Below are positions 49,528-59,247 of a stretch of DNA of 64,000 nucleotides, one piece after another. Within the stretch, counting starts at the first letter, position 1. Each line of letters begins with the position of its first letter. Below the pieces are notes generated by a model. The model saw only the letters and a list, made by a program, of their open reading frames with translations. It ran no database searches and was not told the origin of the DNA. The stretch covers positions 2,713 to 66,712 of the forward strand of contig DAOMGE010000009.1 in assembly GCA_035430165.1 (NCBI GenBank), in the 5' to 3' direction. The position numbers and the translations under genes are program-made. This stretch comes from Pseudomonadales bacterium (GTDB taxonomy: Bacteria > Pseudomonadota > Gammaproteobacteria > Pseudomonadales > UBA7239).

Positions 49528-51279
49528 ATGCAGTACAACGCACCACTCCAACACATGCGCTACCTGTTGAATGATGTATTCAACGCTGAAAAACACTGGG
49601 TGGAAATGCCATTTTTTGCATCGATTGATGCAGGAACAGTCGACGCCATTCTCGAGGAAGGTGCGAAGCTGTGCAGTGAAGTGATTGCCCCGCTGAACCG
49701 AAGCGGTGATGAAGAAGGTGCACGTATTGAAAACGGCAAGGTGAGTACACCGAAAGGATTTCGCGATGCCTACAGACTGGTTGCGCAGGGTGGCTGGGTC
49801 GGGTTGGGCGGTGATCCCGCCTACGGCGGACAGGGTTTACCCAAAATGCTGACCGTGCTGTTTGAAGAAATGCTCTACAGCGCGAACAACGCTTTCACGT
49901 TGTATGTAGCACTCACGAGCGGGGCAACACTTGCCATCCACGCTCACGCAAACGAACAATTGAAAAAAATGTATCTGCCAAAAATGTACAGTGGCGAATG
50001 GGCAGGTGCGATGTGCCTGACCGAACCTCACTGCGGCTCTGACCTGGGCCTACTGAAAACCCGTGCAGTACCACAAGAGAATGAAACCTACAAAATCAGC
50101 GGCACCAAAATTTTTATCACCGGCGGCGACCACGACCTGACAGATAATATTGTGCATCTCGTGCTCGCAAGATTGCCGGATGCGCCTGCAGGCCCGAAAG
50201 GAATTTCATTATTCCTGGTGCCAAAATTCCTGCCGGATACAAATGGCAATGCCGGCACAAGAAACGCAGTCGCTGCCAGTGCGCTCGAACATAAAATGGG
50301 TATTAAAGCGTCTGCAACCTGTGTGATGAATTTTGATGACGCCACAGGTTGGCTTGTCGGCAAACCGCACCAGGGACTGGCAGCCATGTTCACCATGATG
50401 AATTACGAACGCCTGTCGATTGGCCTGCAAGGTATCGGCTGCGGTGAAATGTCATACCAGAACGCGGCGCGTTACGCGAAAGATCGCCTGCAAGGCCGCG
50501 CACCGCACGGTGTAGCCAATCCACAAGGCATTGCCGATCCGATCATCCATCACGCCGACATACGGCGTATGCTGTTGACACAACGCGCCTACAATGAAGC
50601 CGGCCGTGCGTTTGCTGTGTATGTCGGCTTGCAACTGGATCTCGCCAGACATCATCCCGAAAAACCGGTGCAAGACAAAGCCACCCAACGCGTCGCCTTG
50701 CTGACGCCGGTTGCAAAGGCATTTTTTACCGACAAGGGTTTTGAAGCCTGCGTGCTGGGACAACAGGTTTTTGGTGGCCATGGCTACATCCGCGAATGGG
50801 GACAGGAACAACTGGTGCGAGATGCACGCATTGCACAGATCTACGAAGGCACCAACGGCATACAGGCGCAAGACCTGCTCAAACGGAAAGTGCTGGCAAA
50901 CGATGGAAAGTGGATGCGTGAATTTATCCTGGAAATGGAACAGGATGTGATGAACCAGCATCCGATGTTTACAACTGAAGAGGATGCCGTACTCGCCGCC
51001 TGCTCAACACTACGCGAACTGACATTGTGGCTGGTGAAGCAAGACAAACGCGACGCGGATTTGTGCGGCAGCGCCGCCTGCGATTACCTGCATGTCGTCG
51101 GTCATACCATTTATGCCTGGCTGTGGCTGAAACTGGTTGCCAGCAAGCCAACCGACACGGACCAGCATATTGTCGGGCGATTTTATCTCGGGCGACTATT
51201 GCCACAAATCCATGCACTGGATCGTGCTATCCGCAGCGGCGCTGATCTTGTTATGGATTTACCTAATGAAAAATTCTGA
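49528..51279 (+). CDS. Acyl-CoA dehydrogenase (~600-aa FadE5/DmdC-like family), paralog 2
   Basis: AMCLTEPHCGSDL, GTKIFITGGDHD, EHKMGIKAS, FGGHGYIREWGQEQ, YEGTNGIQ. Confidence 0.95.
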   Translation: MQYNAPLQHMRYLLNDVFNAEKHWVEMPFFASIDAGTVDAILEEGAKLCSEVIAPLNRSGDEEGARIENGKVSTPKGFRDAYRLVAQGGWVGLGGDPAYGGQGLPKMLTVLFEEMLYSANNAFTLYVALTSGATLAIHAHANEQLKKMYLPKMYSGEWAGAMCLTEPHCGSDLGLLKTRAVPQENETYKISGTKIFITGGDHDLTDNIVHLVLARLPDAPAGPKGISLFLVPKFLPDTNGNAGTRNAVAASALEHKMGIKASATCVMNFDDATGWLVGKPHQGLAAMFTMMNYERLSIGLQGIGCGEMSYQNAARYAKDRLQGRAPHGVANPQGIADPIIHHADIRRMLLTQRAYNEAGRAFAVYVGLQLDLARHHPEKPVQDKATQRVALLTPVAKAFFTDKGFEACVLGQQVFGGHGYIREWGQEQLVRDARIAQIYEGTNGIQAQDLLKRKVLANDGKWMREFILEMEQDVMNQHPMFTTEEDAVLAACSTLRELTLWLVKQDKRDADLCGSAACDYLHVVGHTIYAWLWLKLVASKPTDTDQHIVGRFYLGRLLPQIHALDRAIRSGADLVMDLPNEKF

Positions 51280-51297
51280 CGGGCGCACCACTGTGCC

Positions 51298-52857
51298 TCA
51301 GTGCGCCTTGATCTTGCCCAGCCATTCGAACAAAGCCGCATTGTCTTTTTCAGTTAGCGGCATCAGCGGCGGCATGGCCGCGAGGGTGCGCTGCGAAATC
51401 GACGGCTGTTCTGTCTGCATGTTTTTCGGCATCAGGAATACATTCGGTTTCGGAATGTTGTACTGGTAATAACCCTGCGCATCCTCATGCGCATTCATCA
51501 GCGCCACAATTTCCTTAGAGTGATAACGCAGCACAGGCCCCCTGATTGCAGTTTCGCTGTGACAACCCGCACAAGCCTCATGCCTGAGCGGTTCGCGCTC
51601 ATATTCCGTCAATTGGGGCTGACCTGCCGGCCAATCGGTTGTAACCGGCCCATACGCCAATACGCGGCGATTCATTGCTTCCATCAACTGCCGGTCACTT
51701 GCCGATAAATCCGGAATCGTCTCCCAGCGCCGTGGCCGCAATCGCAACGGGCCAGATACATGACATTCAAAGCAACCGCTGATAGCTGCATCCTCGAATG
51801 CATTGCGGTTGCGGGAGGTCAATGGCGACAAATAACGCTTGGGATTCCTGAAAATATAACGGAAGGTTTCGTCGGGCTTGCTGAAAAAATAACTCCTGTA
51901 CGGCAACACTGACTTGTCGACTGCAATCACAAAATACACCAGATTGGGAAAACGATTGCCAGCCAGTATTTTTTGTACGTCGTAGAAAATTTCATCGAGT
52001 GCCGCCTGCCGCAATACCCATATATCCAGATCACCATCATCAAGATACCCGATCTTGTTAAACAGGAAATTCTGGTAAGAGAGAAACGACACAGCCGGCG
52101 CGAGATCCAGTGCATTTTCCTGTAGATCCAGATGACTCAACCTGGCCAGAATTTCAGCGCGCCGGGTCTGGTCACCTGTCAGTAGTACAGGCCTGGACAC
52201 CATGATATTTCTGCTTGCGCTTGCAGAAGGCTCCTTCACCACATCGCGGTTGCAGTTAACGGAAACATGCTGCCATCGTGCCAGACTTTCTTTGTCCAGT
52301 GACTGGCCTTCAGCAACCAGCAGGTAATCAATAAGCTCGCTGATATTGTTATCTGCTGCGTTATCACCTGCCACTTCAGTCGCAGCCGCCGTGCGTTGTG
52401 CCCAGGAAGGCATGGGAAAAGCGGCATTGCCATCGCGCACCAGACGACTTACGCGCGCATATTCCTCTGCAAAATCGCGATAGAACTGACAGGACTGCGC
52501 CACATCATGCACATGACCGGCTGTGCGTGCCTGCATGGATTCCCTGTCCTGCAAGATGGCGGCAAGCGCGCGCAGTCGTGTCAGGATACGTGAACGCGGC
52601 GGCATCTCGAAGCCGCGATTTTCGCCATCCTGCACAACCTTGACCTGCGGTGCATGACAGGCCGTGCAACCGGAACTTTCAAACAATTGCTGGCCACGTG
52701 AAAAGGCTTCATCGGCAAGAACAGGCTGCAAAAAAATACAAACCGATACGACACTACCTATGGCACTGCGAAACCAGACAAGCCATGGCAACAGCACAAT
52801 GCCTGCTGTTTTCCGCAGGCACGATTTGCTACTTGTGATTACCCCGTACCTGCGCAT
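51298..52857 (-). CDS. Putative exported cytochrome c with three CXXCH motifs
   Basis: CTACH (52654-52668), CFECH (51760-51774), CAGCH (51559-51573); hydrophobic N-terminus ending VLA-DEAF. Start uncertain. Confidence 0.7.
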   Translation of the reverse strand: MRRYGVITSSKSCLRKTAGIVLLPWLVWFRSAIGSVVSVCIFLQPVLADEAFSRGQQLFESSGCTACHAPQVKVVQDGENRGFEMPPRSRILTRLRALAAILQDRESMQARTAGHVHDVAQSCQFYRDFAEEYARVSRLVRDGNAAFPMPSWAQRTAAATEVAGDNAADNNISELIDYLLVAEGQSLDKESLARWQHVSVNCNRDVVKEPSASASRNIMVSRPVLLTGDQTRRAEILARLSHLDLQENALDLAPAVSFLSYQNFLFNKIGYLDDGDLDIWVLRQAALDEIFYDVQKILAGNRFPNLVYFVIAVDKSVLPYRSYFFSKPDETFRYIFRNPKRYLSPLTSRNRNAFEDAAISGCFECHVSGPLRLRPRRWETIPDLSASDRQLMEAMNRRVLAYGPVTTDWPAGQPQLTEYEREPLRHEACAGCHSETAIRGPVLRYHSKEIVALMNAHEDAQGYYQYNIPKPNVFLMPKNMQTEQPSISQRTLAAMPPLMPLTEKDNAALFEWLGKIKAH

Positions 52858-52981
52858 GCCGGATGAACACTGTTGATGCCCGTGATTTTTCGAGTATACC
52901 CCCCGCTTTGGCCGATTCAAACTCACGCATGCTGCGAGGATGGCATGCTAGAATCCTGCGCAATTGAAAGAGGACAACACA

Positions 52982-53650
52982 ATGCGCGATTACTGGATTG
53001 CCCCATCCATCCTCTCCGCAGATTTTGCCCGACTGGGCGCTGATGTCGATGCCGTGCTGCAAGCTGGCGCAGACGTGGTGCATTTTGACGTGATGGACAA
53101 TCACTACGTACCCAATCTCACGATCGGTCCCATGGTGTGCAAAGCCCTGCGCAACTACGGTGTAACAGCACCTATTGATGTACACCTGATGGTAAAACCG
53201 GTAGATCGCCTGATCGGTGATTTTATCGAAGCGGGTGCATCCTTCATCACATTCCATCCGGAAGCATCCGAACACATAGACCGTTCATTGCAACTCATCC
53301 GTTCTGGCGGCTGCAAGGCCGGTCTTGTGTTGAATCCTGCCACTTCACCCGATTGCCTGAAATACGTGATGGATAAACTGGACATGGTTTTGCTGATGTC
53401 GGTAAACCCCGGATTTGGCGGCCAATCCTTTATTCCATCCACGCTGGATAAATTGCGCGAGGTACGGAAATTGATTGATACAAGTGGATGCAATATCCGA
53501 CTCGAAGTTGACGGCGGTGTCAGTGAAAAAAATATTGCCGAAATTGCCAGGGCTGGCGCGGACACCTTTGTCGCCGGCTCCGCCATTTTTGGCAAACCGG
53601 ATTACAAGGCAGTAATTGACGCAATGCGCAAGGAATTGGCGCAGGTATAG
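52982..53650 (+). CDS. rpe: Ribulose-phosphate 3-epimerase
   Basis: [37 protein letters not shown]. Confidence 0.98.
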   Translation: MRDYWIAPSILSADFARLGADVDAVLQAGADVVHFDVMDNHYVPNLTIGPMVCKALRNYGVTAPIDVHLMVKPVDRLIGDFIEAGASFITFHPEASEHIDRSLQLIRSGGCKAGLVLNPATSPDCLKYVMDKLDMVLLMSVNPGFGGQSFIPSTLDKLREVRKLIDTSGCNIRLEVDGGVSEKNIAEIARAGADTFVAGSAIFGKPDYKAVIDAMRKELAQV

Positions 53651-53695
53651 ACTGGCAGCGACCAAAACAGACAGCCCCCTAACCAGGAACATGCC

Positions 53696-54160
53696 ATGAC
53701 AGACATCAAACCCTACAGTGAAGGCCAGGAAAAATTCGGCACATGGCTGATCAAGAATATCGGCAAATGGCAGGTATCTGTTTATCGCGCCACCGGCGGT
53801 CGACTCTGGAATAAATTCCTTGGCGCGCCAGTTTCCATCCTCACCAGCATCGGTCACAAATCGGGCGAGGTGCGCCGCACACCGTTACTGTTTCTGGAAC
53901 AGGGAGAAAAAGTGGTAATCGCTGCATCCAAGGGCGGCATGTCCAAACCACCGGTGTGGATGTTCAACCTGAAAGCCAACCCGGATTGTGAAATCCAGAT
54001 TGGCCCGCGCAACCGCTTGATGCGCGCGCGCATTGCCAACGAGGAAGAAGAAAAAGCGTTGTGGCCGGAGCTGACAAAAATCTACGCCGATTTTGATGAA
54101 TACCGCGCCCGTACAGAAGGCGTGCGCCACATTCCGTTGTTTATTCTGGAACCGCGCTAA
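53696..54160 (+). CDS. Deazaflavin-dependent nitroreductase/quinone reductase family (Ddn/FDOR-A)
   Basis: YRATGGRL, LTSIGHKSGEVRRTPLL, ASKGG..P.W..NLKANP, Y.DFDEY..RT...R.IP. Confidence 0.88.
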   Translation: MTDIKPYSEGQEKFGTWLIKNIGKWQVSVYRATGGRLWNKFLGAPVSILTSIGHKSGEVRRTPLLFLEQGEKVVIAASKGGMSKPPVWMFNLKANPDCEIQIGPRNRLMRARIANEEEEKALWPELTKIYADFDEYRARTEGVRHIPLFILEPR

Positions 54161-55880
54161 CCGGTGTTGCCAACTGCAGGCGGCAGCGCTGGTCACCTGC
54201 AGTTCTCGCCCATAACTGCAAACTGTCGAGTGACACCGTGCGCGGCAGGTGTGTGTACAACACCGTCTGATCCACACCCAGGAAACGCGCCGGCAATAGC
54301 AATAACCAATCCTGCAGCGATATTTCATTTAACCGCAACTGCCAGCCTTTCATCCGCACACGTTCAGCCACTACGGCACCAGCATAGTGTTGGTTCACTG
54401 CAGGATCTACGAGAATCCAGTCCTGCAACGCTGAACCATTTGCATCGCTGCCGCGCAACAGGTAATCGACATACGTACCTTTTGTCACAGCAGTGCGTCG
54501 CAATACGGTAGCTGCGCACGGCTGCGTTTCCGGCAATGACAGGATGGCAGCGTCATTGTCGCTATAGATATCCATGTCATTCACCTGCAAATAATCATGC
54601 TGTTGCTGCAAGGCACTCTCGCCCTGCACCATGGCATTGAGACGCAAGCCGGCAAGATGTGAAAAATTCCCATTGCGTGCAACCACTGCCGACAATTGCA
54701 TCCTCCCGGCATGATCTGCTGCCACAGCAATCGCAAACAAACCGGCCAGCACCAATGCCGTGCACAGCGAAATAGCTGCCAGATAAAATCCACGCACCGA
54801 CACATCGGCAATTTTCAGCAGCGACAAAAACCACAGCGGCGCGAGATAAACGTAGAAGCGACTCAGATCCGTATCCGGCGTGAAAAACCGGTAGCGCCCC
54901 CACATCACGGTCAGTGCGATGATAAAAAAGTACACCAGCAAAACGTCGCGCAAAGAGGCATCGTGATGTTTTACACAAACCCAGGCTGAATGCAGTGCTG
55001 CCAGCGTGACTGCAACACCCAGCCAGCGGCAATCCAGCCACGCACTGAACGGGAAGGACAGGTAACGGAAAAGCAGATCCATGCCGCTCCAGAAAAATGC
55101 ATTCGGTTGCAGGTGATGGGCAACCGCGAACGCATCGGCAGAATCTGAAGCAACCGGCTTGAGCAACAGCCAGAGCAAGACAGAAAAAAACACATAAAGA
55201 ATCAGCACCGAAAATCTCTCGCGCCGACACAGCAAATAAAAGCCCAGTGCCAGCAACGAGGCAAGACCCGAGCCGCAAGACAAGACCGCCAGCAATACCA
55301 GGCAACAGGCCTTGAGCAATTGGCGTGGCGATAACTGCTGCCCGCGCACATCGCAAACAGAAAATGCCAGCAGGGTAAAAAATATCGCGAAATAATGCTG
55401 GACCAGAAAATCCCATTCGATCACCAGCGTCTGCAAGCCGTTAAAAAAAACCAACACTGCCGCAAGGAAAACCGGCACGGGCGAAACAGATGCCAGATCA
55501 CGGCGTACCAGGAGACACAGCAGCAGCATGTTCGCGCCACACAACATAAACGACAGGCATTTGAGCAACACACCCGAACCGGCAAATAACCCGAAATTCA
55601 ACCAGAAAAAAAGTTTCGGAATGAAAAGTGTGTGTACACCAGCAAACTGGCGCAGCAGTTCATGCAAGATTGCCCGTGGCGTCGCACTACCCAACTGCTG
55701 GTAACCGGCTAGCATGTCCCACATATCGCCAAGAATACCTGGCGCATGCACATGCCATTGCCATGCAGCGGAAACGAGCAACCACAAGGCAACAGACAGC
55801 CAACACCCTGCAGGCAATGAAAAATGCCACAAGCCGGGCCGGTTTTGTTCCGGACTAGCCTGTAGCACTGGATTTGGCAT
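54141..55880 (-). CDS. Polytopic membrane protein with soluble C-terminal domain, possible GT-C-like glycosyltransferase
   Basis: About 11 hydrophobic segments, D-x-W-D motif in the first loop (GDMWD), late GR and SRF motifs; 12 nt downstream of thrC. Confidence 0.5.
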   Translation of the reverse strand: MPNPVLQASPEQNRPGLWHFSLPAGCWLSVALWLLVSAAWQWHVHAPGILGDMWDMLAGYQQLGSATPRAILHELLRQFAGVHTLFIPKLFFWLNFGLFAGSGVLLKCLSFMLCGANMLLLCLLVRRDLASVSPVPVFLAAVLVFFNGLQTLVIEWDFLVQHYFAIFFTLLAFSVCDVRGQQLSPRQLLKACCLVLLAVLSCGSGLASLLALGFYLLCRRERFSVLILYVFFSVLLWLLLKPVASDSADAFAVAHHLQPNAFFWSGMDLLFRYLSFPFSAWLDCRWLGVAVTLAALHSAWVCVKHHDASLRDVLLVYFFIIALTVMWGRYRFFTPDTDLSRFYVYLAPLWFLSLLKIADVSVRGFYLAAISLCTALVLAGLFAIAVAADHAGRMQLSAVVARNGNFSHLAGLRLNAMVQGESALQQQHDYLQVNDMDIYSDNDAAILSLPETQPCAATVLRRTAVTKGTYVDYLLRGSDANGSALQDWILVDPAVNQHYAGAVVAERVRMKGWQLRLNEISLQDWLLLLPARFLGVDQTVLYTHLPRTVSLDSLQLWARTAGDQRCRLQLATPVSAVPE

Positions 55881-55892
55881 GGAGAATCCCGA

Positions 55893-57287
55893 TCAGGATT
55901 TGAGATGGCTGGCCATGAATTGCTGGACTGCACCGAGATCATTCGCCAACACTGCACAACGCTCTTCACGTTCAAAGAGATCTTTCATGTGCAACGGCAG
56001 TGGCGGATCCTGTGGATAGCCCGCCTTGCGCACTGCTTCCGGGAATTTGGCCGGATGTGCTGTCGCCAGTGTAATCACGGGCACATTTTTTGACTGGCGA
56101 CATTCGCGTGCAGCCTTCACGCCGATCGCGGAATGCGGATCAAGCAGGTATTCACTCTCACCCAACACATCAGCAATGGTCTTGCACGTCTGTTCATCAT
56201 CAACCGCCAGACTGGCAAACAATTCACGCGCTTTTGCAAAACGCGCCGCCTCAATTGATACCGCGCCGTTTTTAAAATCTGCCATTAATTTATCAATTGC
56301 CGCACCATCGCGGTCGTGTAATTCGAACAACATGCGCTCGAAGTTGCTGGAAATCATGATGTCCATACTGGGCGACAGCGTGTGCATCAAACCGGTTTTT
56401 TCCAGTTTGTTGCCACTCATGAAACGGTGCAGGATATCGTTGCGGTTGGTGGCAATAATCAGTTGCTGTATCGGCAGGCCCATGCGCTTCGCCACATAGC
56501 CCGCAAAAATATCGCCGAAATTGCCAGTGGGCACCGAGAACTGCATGGCGCGATGCGGTGCGCCCAATTGCACACCAGCATAAAAATAATAAACCACTTG
56601 CGCCATGATGCGCGCCCAGTTGATCGAGTTCACCGCCACCAGCGGTTTGCCATTCAGAAAAGATTGATCCGCGAACGAGTCTTTTACCATCTGCTGGCAA
56701 TCATCGAAATTGCCTTGCACAGCAATGTTGTGGATGTTGTCAGCCAGCACCGTTGTCATCTGGCGACGCTGCACATCTGACACGCGCTGATGCGGATGCA
56801 AAATAAAAATATCGATATTCTTGCAGCGACGGCAACCTTCAATCGCCGCCGAACCGGTATCACCGGATGTTGCGCCCATGATCACGACACGCTCATGGCG
56901 CTTGGCAAGCACCGCATCCAGTAAGCGGCCGAGCAATTGCAGCGCGACATCCTTGAACGCCAGGGTCGGGCCATGAAACAGTTCAAGCACCCATTCGTTG
57001 CTGTCGAGTTGCACCAGCGGCGTCACCGCAGGATGACGAAATGTCTTGTACGTATCGTGAATAATCGCTTCGAGTTCGGGCTGTGGAATACAACCCGCCA
57101 CAAATGGCGAAATCACTTTGACGGCAACCTCGCTGTAGGACAAACCTGACCACGAGGCGATTTCATCGTGTGAAAATTGCGGATACTGTTCCGGCACATA
57201 TAAACCGCCGTCGGATGCCAGACCTGCCAATAACACTTCTTCAAAGTTGAGTACCGGCGCTTTGCCGCGTGTGCTTACGTATTTCAT
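55893..57287 (-). CDS. thrC: Threonine synthase
   Basis: MKYVSTRG, GLASDGGLYVP, ELFHGPTLAFKD, ATSGDTGSAA, NSINWAR, ATAHPAKF. Confidence 0.98.
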   Translation of the reverse strand: MKYVSTRGKAPVLNFEEVLLAGLASDGGLYVPEQYPQFSHDEIASWSGLSYSEVAVKVISPFVAGCIPQPELEAIIHDTYKTFRHPAVTPLVQLDSNEWVLELFHGPTLAFKDVALQLLGRLLDAVLAKRHERVVIMGATSGDTGSAAIEGCRRCKNIDIFILHPHQRVSDVQRRQMTTVLADNIHNIAVQGNFDDCQQMVKDSFADQSFLNGKPLVAVNSINWARIMAQVVYYFYAGVQLGAPHRAMQFSVPTGNFGDIFAGYVAKRMGLPIQQLIIATNRNDILHRFMSGNKLEKTGLMHTLSPSMDIMISSNFERMLFELHDRDGAAIDKLMADFKNGAVSIEAARFAKARELFASLAVDDEQTCKTIADVLGESEYLLDPHSAIGVKAARECRQSKNVPVITLATAHPAKFPEAVRKAGYPQDPPLPLHMKDLFEREERCAVLANDLGAVQQFMASHLKS

Positions 57288-57290
57288 CGT

Positions 57291-58598
57291 TCAGGTTCCC
57301 AATGTTTCTACGCGGAGTTTTACTACCGACGCTGCCACAAAATCTTTTGCCTCGATGTTGGCAATCACGGCATTCATGGTGCGTTCCTGCACCACACTGG
57401 TGATCAATACGATACTGACTTTCGTTTCGCCGCGTTGCGGTTCGCGCTGGATAATGGCTTCAATGCTGACACCCGCCTTGCTGAGTACTTGTGTCAGTTC
57501 TGACATCACACCCGGTTTATCGGCAACCACCAGTCGCAAATAATATGCCGAGTGAATATCGTCAATCGGCAGGATGGTGCGCGCACGAATCGCATCGGGC
57601 ACAAAACCCATGTACGGCACCGGCAAGTGATTGTCGTGCGCCACAGCACGCGCCACATCGACAATATCGGCAATCACCGCAGAAGCTGTCGGCTCGCTGC
57701 CCGCACCGGCTCCGCTGTAAACCGTCGGGCCAACTGCATCGCCCATCACCATCACAGCGTTTTTGGCGCCATCTACTTTTGCGATCAGGCTGTCTTCCGG
57801 TACCAGTGTCGGGTTGACGCGCAGTTCGACACCATCTGCTGTTTCACGCGCCATACCCAGATGCTTGATGCGATACCCCAGTTCTTCCGCGTAACGGATA
57901 TCCTCGAGTGTGATTTTGGTAATGCCTTCGGTGTAGATGCGTTTGATTTCCAGTGGCATACCAAAAGCAATCGACGCGAGGATAACGAGTTTGTGCGCAG
58001 CGTCGATGCCTTCAACATCGAAGGTCGGATCAGCTTCGGCGTATCCGAGTGCTTGCGCTTCTTTCAATACATCGGCAAACGCACTGCCTTTGTCGCGCAT
58101 TTCTGTAAGAATGAAATTGGTGGTGCCATTGATAATACCGGCCACCCATTCGATACGGTTGGCAACGAGGCCGTCGCGCAACGCCTTGATAATCGGGATG
58201 CCACCGGCAACGGCCGCTTCATACGCCACCGCGACTTTCTTTTCAGCCGCCGCCGCAAAAATTTCCGCACCGTGATGCGCAATCAACGCCTTGTTCGCAG
58301 TGACAACGTGTTTGCCATTGGCGATGGCTTGCATCACCAGGTCGCGTGCCACATCGGTACCGCCAATTAACTCGACCACAATATCCACTGCGGGATCCTT
58401 CACGACTGCAAAAATATCGCGACTGGTTTCTACCGCCGTGGTATCGCAACCTTCACGGTCACGACGTGCGCCAATGTGGATGATTTTTACATCACAGCCG
58501 GCACGGGCATTGATCAACTCCGCATTGCGCGCCATCACATGGAATACGCCACTACCTACAGTGCCCAGGCCACACAGGCCGACGGTTACTTTTTTCAC
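57291..58598 (-). CDS. hom: Homoserine dehydrogenase with ACT domain
   Basis: GLGTVGSG, VVTANKALIA, EAAVAGGIP, GIINGTTNFIL, GYAEADPTFDVEG; GTG start at 58598. Confidence 0.97.
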   Translation of the reverse strand: MKKVTVGLCGLGTVGSGVFHVMARNAELINARAGCDVKIIHIGARRDREGCDTTAVETSRDIFAVVKDPAVDIVVELIGGTDVARDLVMQAIANGKHVVTANKALIAHHGAEIFAAAAEKKVAVAYEAAVAGGIPIIKALRDGLVANRIEWVAGIINGTTNFILTEMRDKGSAFADVLKEAQALGYAEADPTFDVEGIDAAHKLVILASIAFGMPLEIKRIYTEGITKITLEDIRYAEELGYRIKHLGMARETADGVELRVNPTLVPEDSLIAKVDGAKNAVMVMGDAVGPTVYSGAGAGSEPTASAVIADIVDVARAVAHDNHLPVPYMGFVPDAIRARTILPIDDIHSAYYLRLVVADKPGVMSELTQVLSKAGVSIEAIIQREPQRGETKVSIVLITSVVQERTMNAVIANIEAKDFVAASVVKLRVETLGT

Positions 58599-58710
58599 AC
58601 AAACCCCTTCACAAAAAAACCGGCTCAAGAGACGTCAAAACAGGGCGGCATTGTAGCGCAGGACGGCAGGCAGTTAGCAGCGCGGGCTCACGATGGCGGC
58701 AACGGTACAA

Positions 58711-59247
58711 CTAGTGCGAAACCGGTTTTTTAGCCAGCTTGCGTTGCAGGGTGCGACGGTGCATGCCGAGGGCACGCGCGGTAGCAGAAATATTGTTGTC
58801 GCAATCGGCCATCACTTTCTGGATATGCTCCCACTCCAGCCGGTCGACCGACAGCGGTTGTTGTGACAGGGCTGTGCCGACATTGGCTTCCTTGCTGGCC
58901 AGGGCCTTGAGGATGCTGTCGGTATCCGCCGGCTTGCACAGGTAATTGATCGCACCCAGCTTGACCGCCTGCACGGCGGTCTGGATGCTGGCATAGCCGG
59001 TCAATACCAGGATCTGTAAACCGGGTAATTGCTGCAGCAAGTCGGGAATTAATGGCAAACTGGACTCCCGTGCCAGCTTCAGGTCGAGGATCGCATGGGT
59101 GAAAGCCTGCTGGCTCGCCAAGGTCCTCGCCTGGTCGCTGTCTTCCGCCCAGCTCACGTCACAGCCACGTCGACCCAGGGAACGCACCAGCACACTGGCA
59201 AACACCGGGTCATCCTCCACCAGCAAGATCTGCATGGCCTGGCTCAT
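58711..59247 (-). CDS. regA: RegA/PrrA/RoxR-type response regulator
   Basis: Receiver (LVEDD, LDLKL, LTGYASI.TAV.A.KLGA..YL.KP) plus Fis-type HTH LEWEHIQ...NISATARALGMHRRTLQRKL. Confidence 0.92.
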   Translation of the reverse strand: MSQAMQILLVEDDPVFASVLVRSLGRRGCDVSWAEDSDQARTLASQQAFTHAILDLKLARESSLPLIPDLLQQLPGLQILVLTGYASIQTAVQAVKLGAINYLCKPADTDSILKALASKEANVGTALSQQPLSVDRLEWEHIQKVMADCDNNISATARALGMHRRTLQRKLAKKPVSH

